DNA of 64,000 nt from Octopus vulgaris (Eukaryota), in NCBI GenBank assembly GCA_951406725.2, contig OX597815.1, positions 36,208,001 through 36,272,000 of the forward strand. Reading direction: 5' to 3'. Every line of letters starts with the position of its first letter. The first letter of the stretch is position 1. The notes under the pieces were generated by a model, which did no database searches, had not been told where the DNA came from, and worked only from the letters and a program-made list of their open reading frames with translations. A program made the position numbers and the translations under genes. Positions 62,699 to 64,000 of this stretch are shown here, one piece after another.

Positions 62699-63132
62699 TA
62701 CTCTTTACTCTTTTACTTGTTTCAATCACCCGACTGCGGCCATGCTGGAGCACCGCCTTTAGTCGAGCAACTCAACCCCGGGACTTATTCTTTTTGTAAG
62801 CCCAGTACTTATTCTAATGGTCTCTTTTTGCCGAACCGCTAAGTGACAGGGACGTAAACACACCAGCATCGGTTGTCAAGCAATGCTAGGGGGACAAACA
62901 CAGACACACAAACACACACACGCATATATATATATACATATATACGACAGGCTTCTTTCAGTTTCTGTCTACCAAATCCACTCACAAGGCATTGATCGGC
63001 CCGGGGCTATAGCAGAAGACACTTGCCCAAGATGCCACGCAGTGGGACTGAACCCGGAACCATGTGGTTGGTTAGCAAGCTACTTACCACACAGCCACTC
63101 CTGCGCCTATACACAGCCACTCCTGCGCCTAT
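62699..63132 (-). mobile_element. SINE family A, full length, with duplicated 22-bp 5' end
   Basis: acacagccactcctgcgcctat occurs twice in tandem at 63089-63132. Confidence 0.9.
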
Positions 63133-63852
63133 GAAAGTTATGTTAAAATAGAAGTAAAAAACTATACATCAATGATGGAAATAAGTGGCGCATGATAAAA
63201 CTAAGAACTGAGTAAACAGAATGAGCAATAAAAACTGCGTATTTATACTTTAGTAACTGCGAAATAGTCTGATATCTGTGATAACTGAAAACTGACTTCC
63301 ATTTAATCCTCTTGTCTGTTATAGTTTGAAAAATATTTTAGAAAGTAATATATGAATGAAGAGTGGGGGTTTAGGAGGCAAAATAGGATATTGGGATACT
63401 TTTATCTTTTCAGAACTATGATACACAAATCTAAGATGTTAATATACCTAGAAGCAAAATTTAGACAAAGAATGTGGCCTGCCTGGTGAGCATATGATGT
63501 TTTAGGAATTAGATGAATGGACTGGTTAAGTTAGACTATATTAAGTCAGGCTATGATAAATAAGGCTTCAGTTAAACTATGTTAGGAGGTTAATACATTA
63601 AGTAGCAGTAAATTATCTTTTATCTTTTCTTTTTTTTTTCAGTAAATCAATGTACTGGGCCCAATAGTATGTATTCTTTTGACAGCAAGCCACAGCATAC
63701 ATCGAGTAGAATTGATCCCCTGTACCTGTGAAGGCCCTGAGCAACTGCCTAATGTGCCTGTGCCTTATGATGGTACTGCTACTGTCTTAAAAAATCTGAA
63801 GTATCCTAACTATACTGTTAAAAACATATCATTATCATTATTGACAAACAAT

Positions 63853-64000
63853 AGGTGCAAGTGTAGCTGTGTCATAAGAAGCTTGCTTCCCAACCACATG
63901 GTTCCAGGTTCAGTCCTATTGTGTGGCATCTTGAGCAGTATCTTCCACTACAGCTTTGAGCTGACCAAAGCCTTGTGAGTGGAATTGGTAGACAAAAACT
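63853..64000 (+). mobile_element. SINE family A, 5' part, cut by the window edge
   Basis: aggtgcaagtgtagctgtg...aaccacatggttccaggttcagtcc. Confidence 0.75.

Overview
AT-rich, repeat-dense animal genomic DNA. The SINE, LINE and microsatellite content points to a coleoid cephalopod, most likely Octopus (inference). Two spliced genes lie on the minus strand. One is the 5' part of POLR3D/RPC4 (4 coding exons at 594-7032, continuing off the left edge). The other is an apparently complete MAP3K2/3 (MEKK2/3) gene: 15 coding exons at 26303-59672, about 628 aa, PB1 plus kinase domain, with every junction GT-AG and in phase. The rest is SINEs of several families, Penelope, CR1, R4/Dong and APE-LINE remnants, LTR-like pieces, a full-length dead mariner, a Merlin fragment, Helitron, hAT and piggyBac non-autonomous elements, and a decayed 28S rRNA fragment. 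Best second-look signals: (1) two palindromic intronic elements each carrying a minimal hammerhead-ribozyme fold on both strands, one with the core C3-G8 pair swapped to G3-C8; (2) an in-frame uORF separated from the MAP3K start codon by a single UGA; (3) HRDIKCANIL instead of HRDIKGANIL in the kinase catalytic loop; (4) inverted SINEs flanking a frame-closed 465-nt PB1 exon block; (5) a 71-bp target duplication at a hairpin. Nearly all ORFs in the supplied track are spurious. All calls were made by eye with no database searches.
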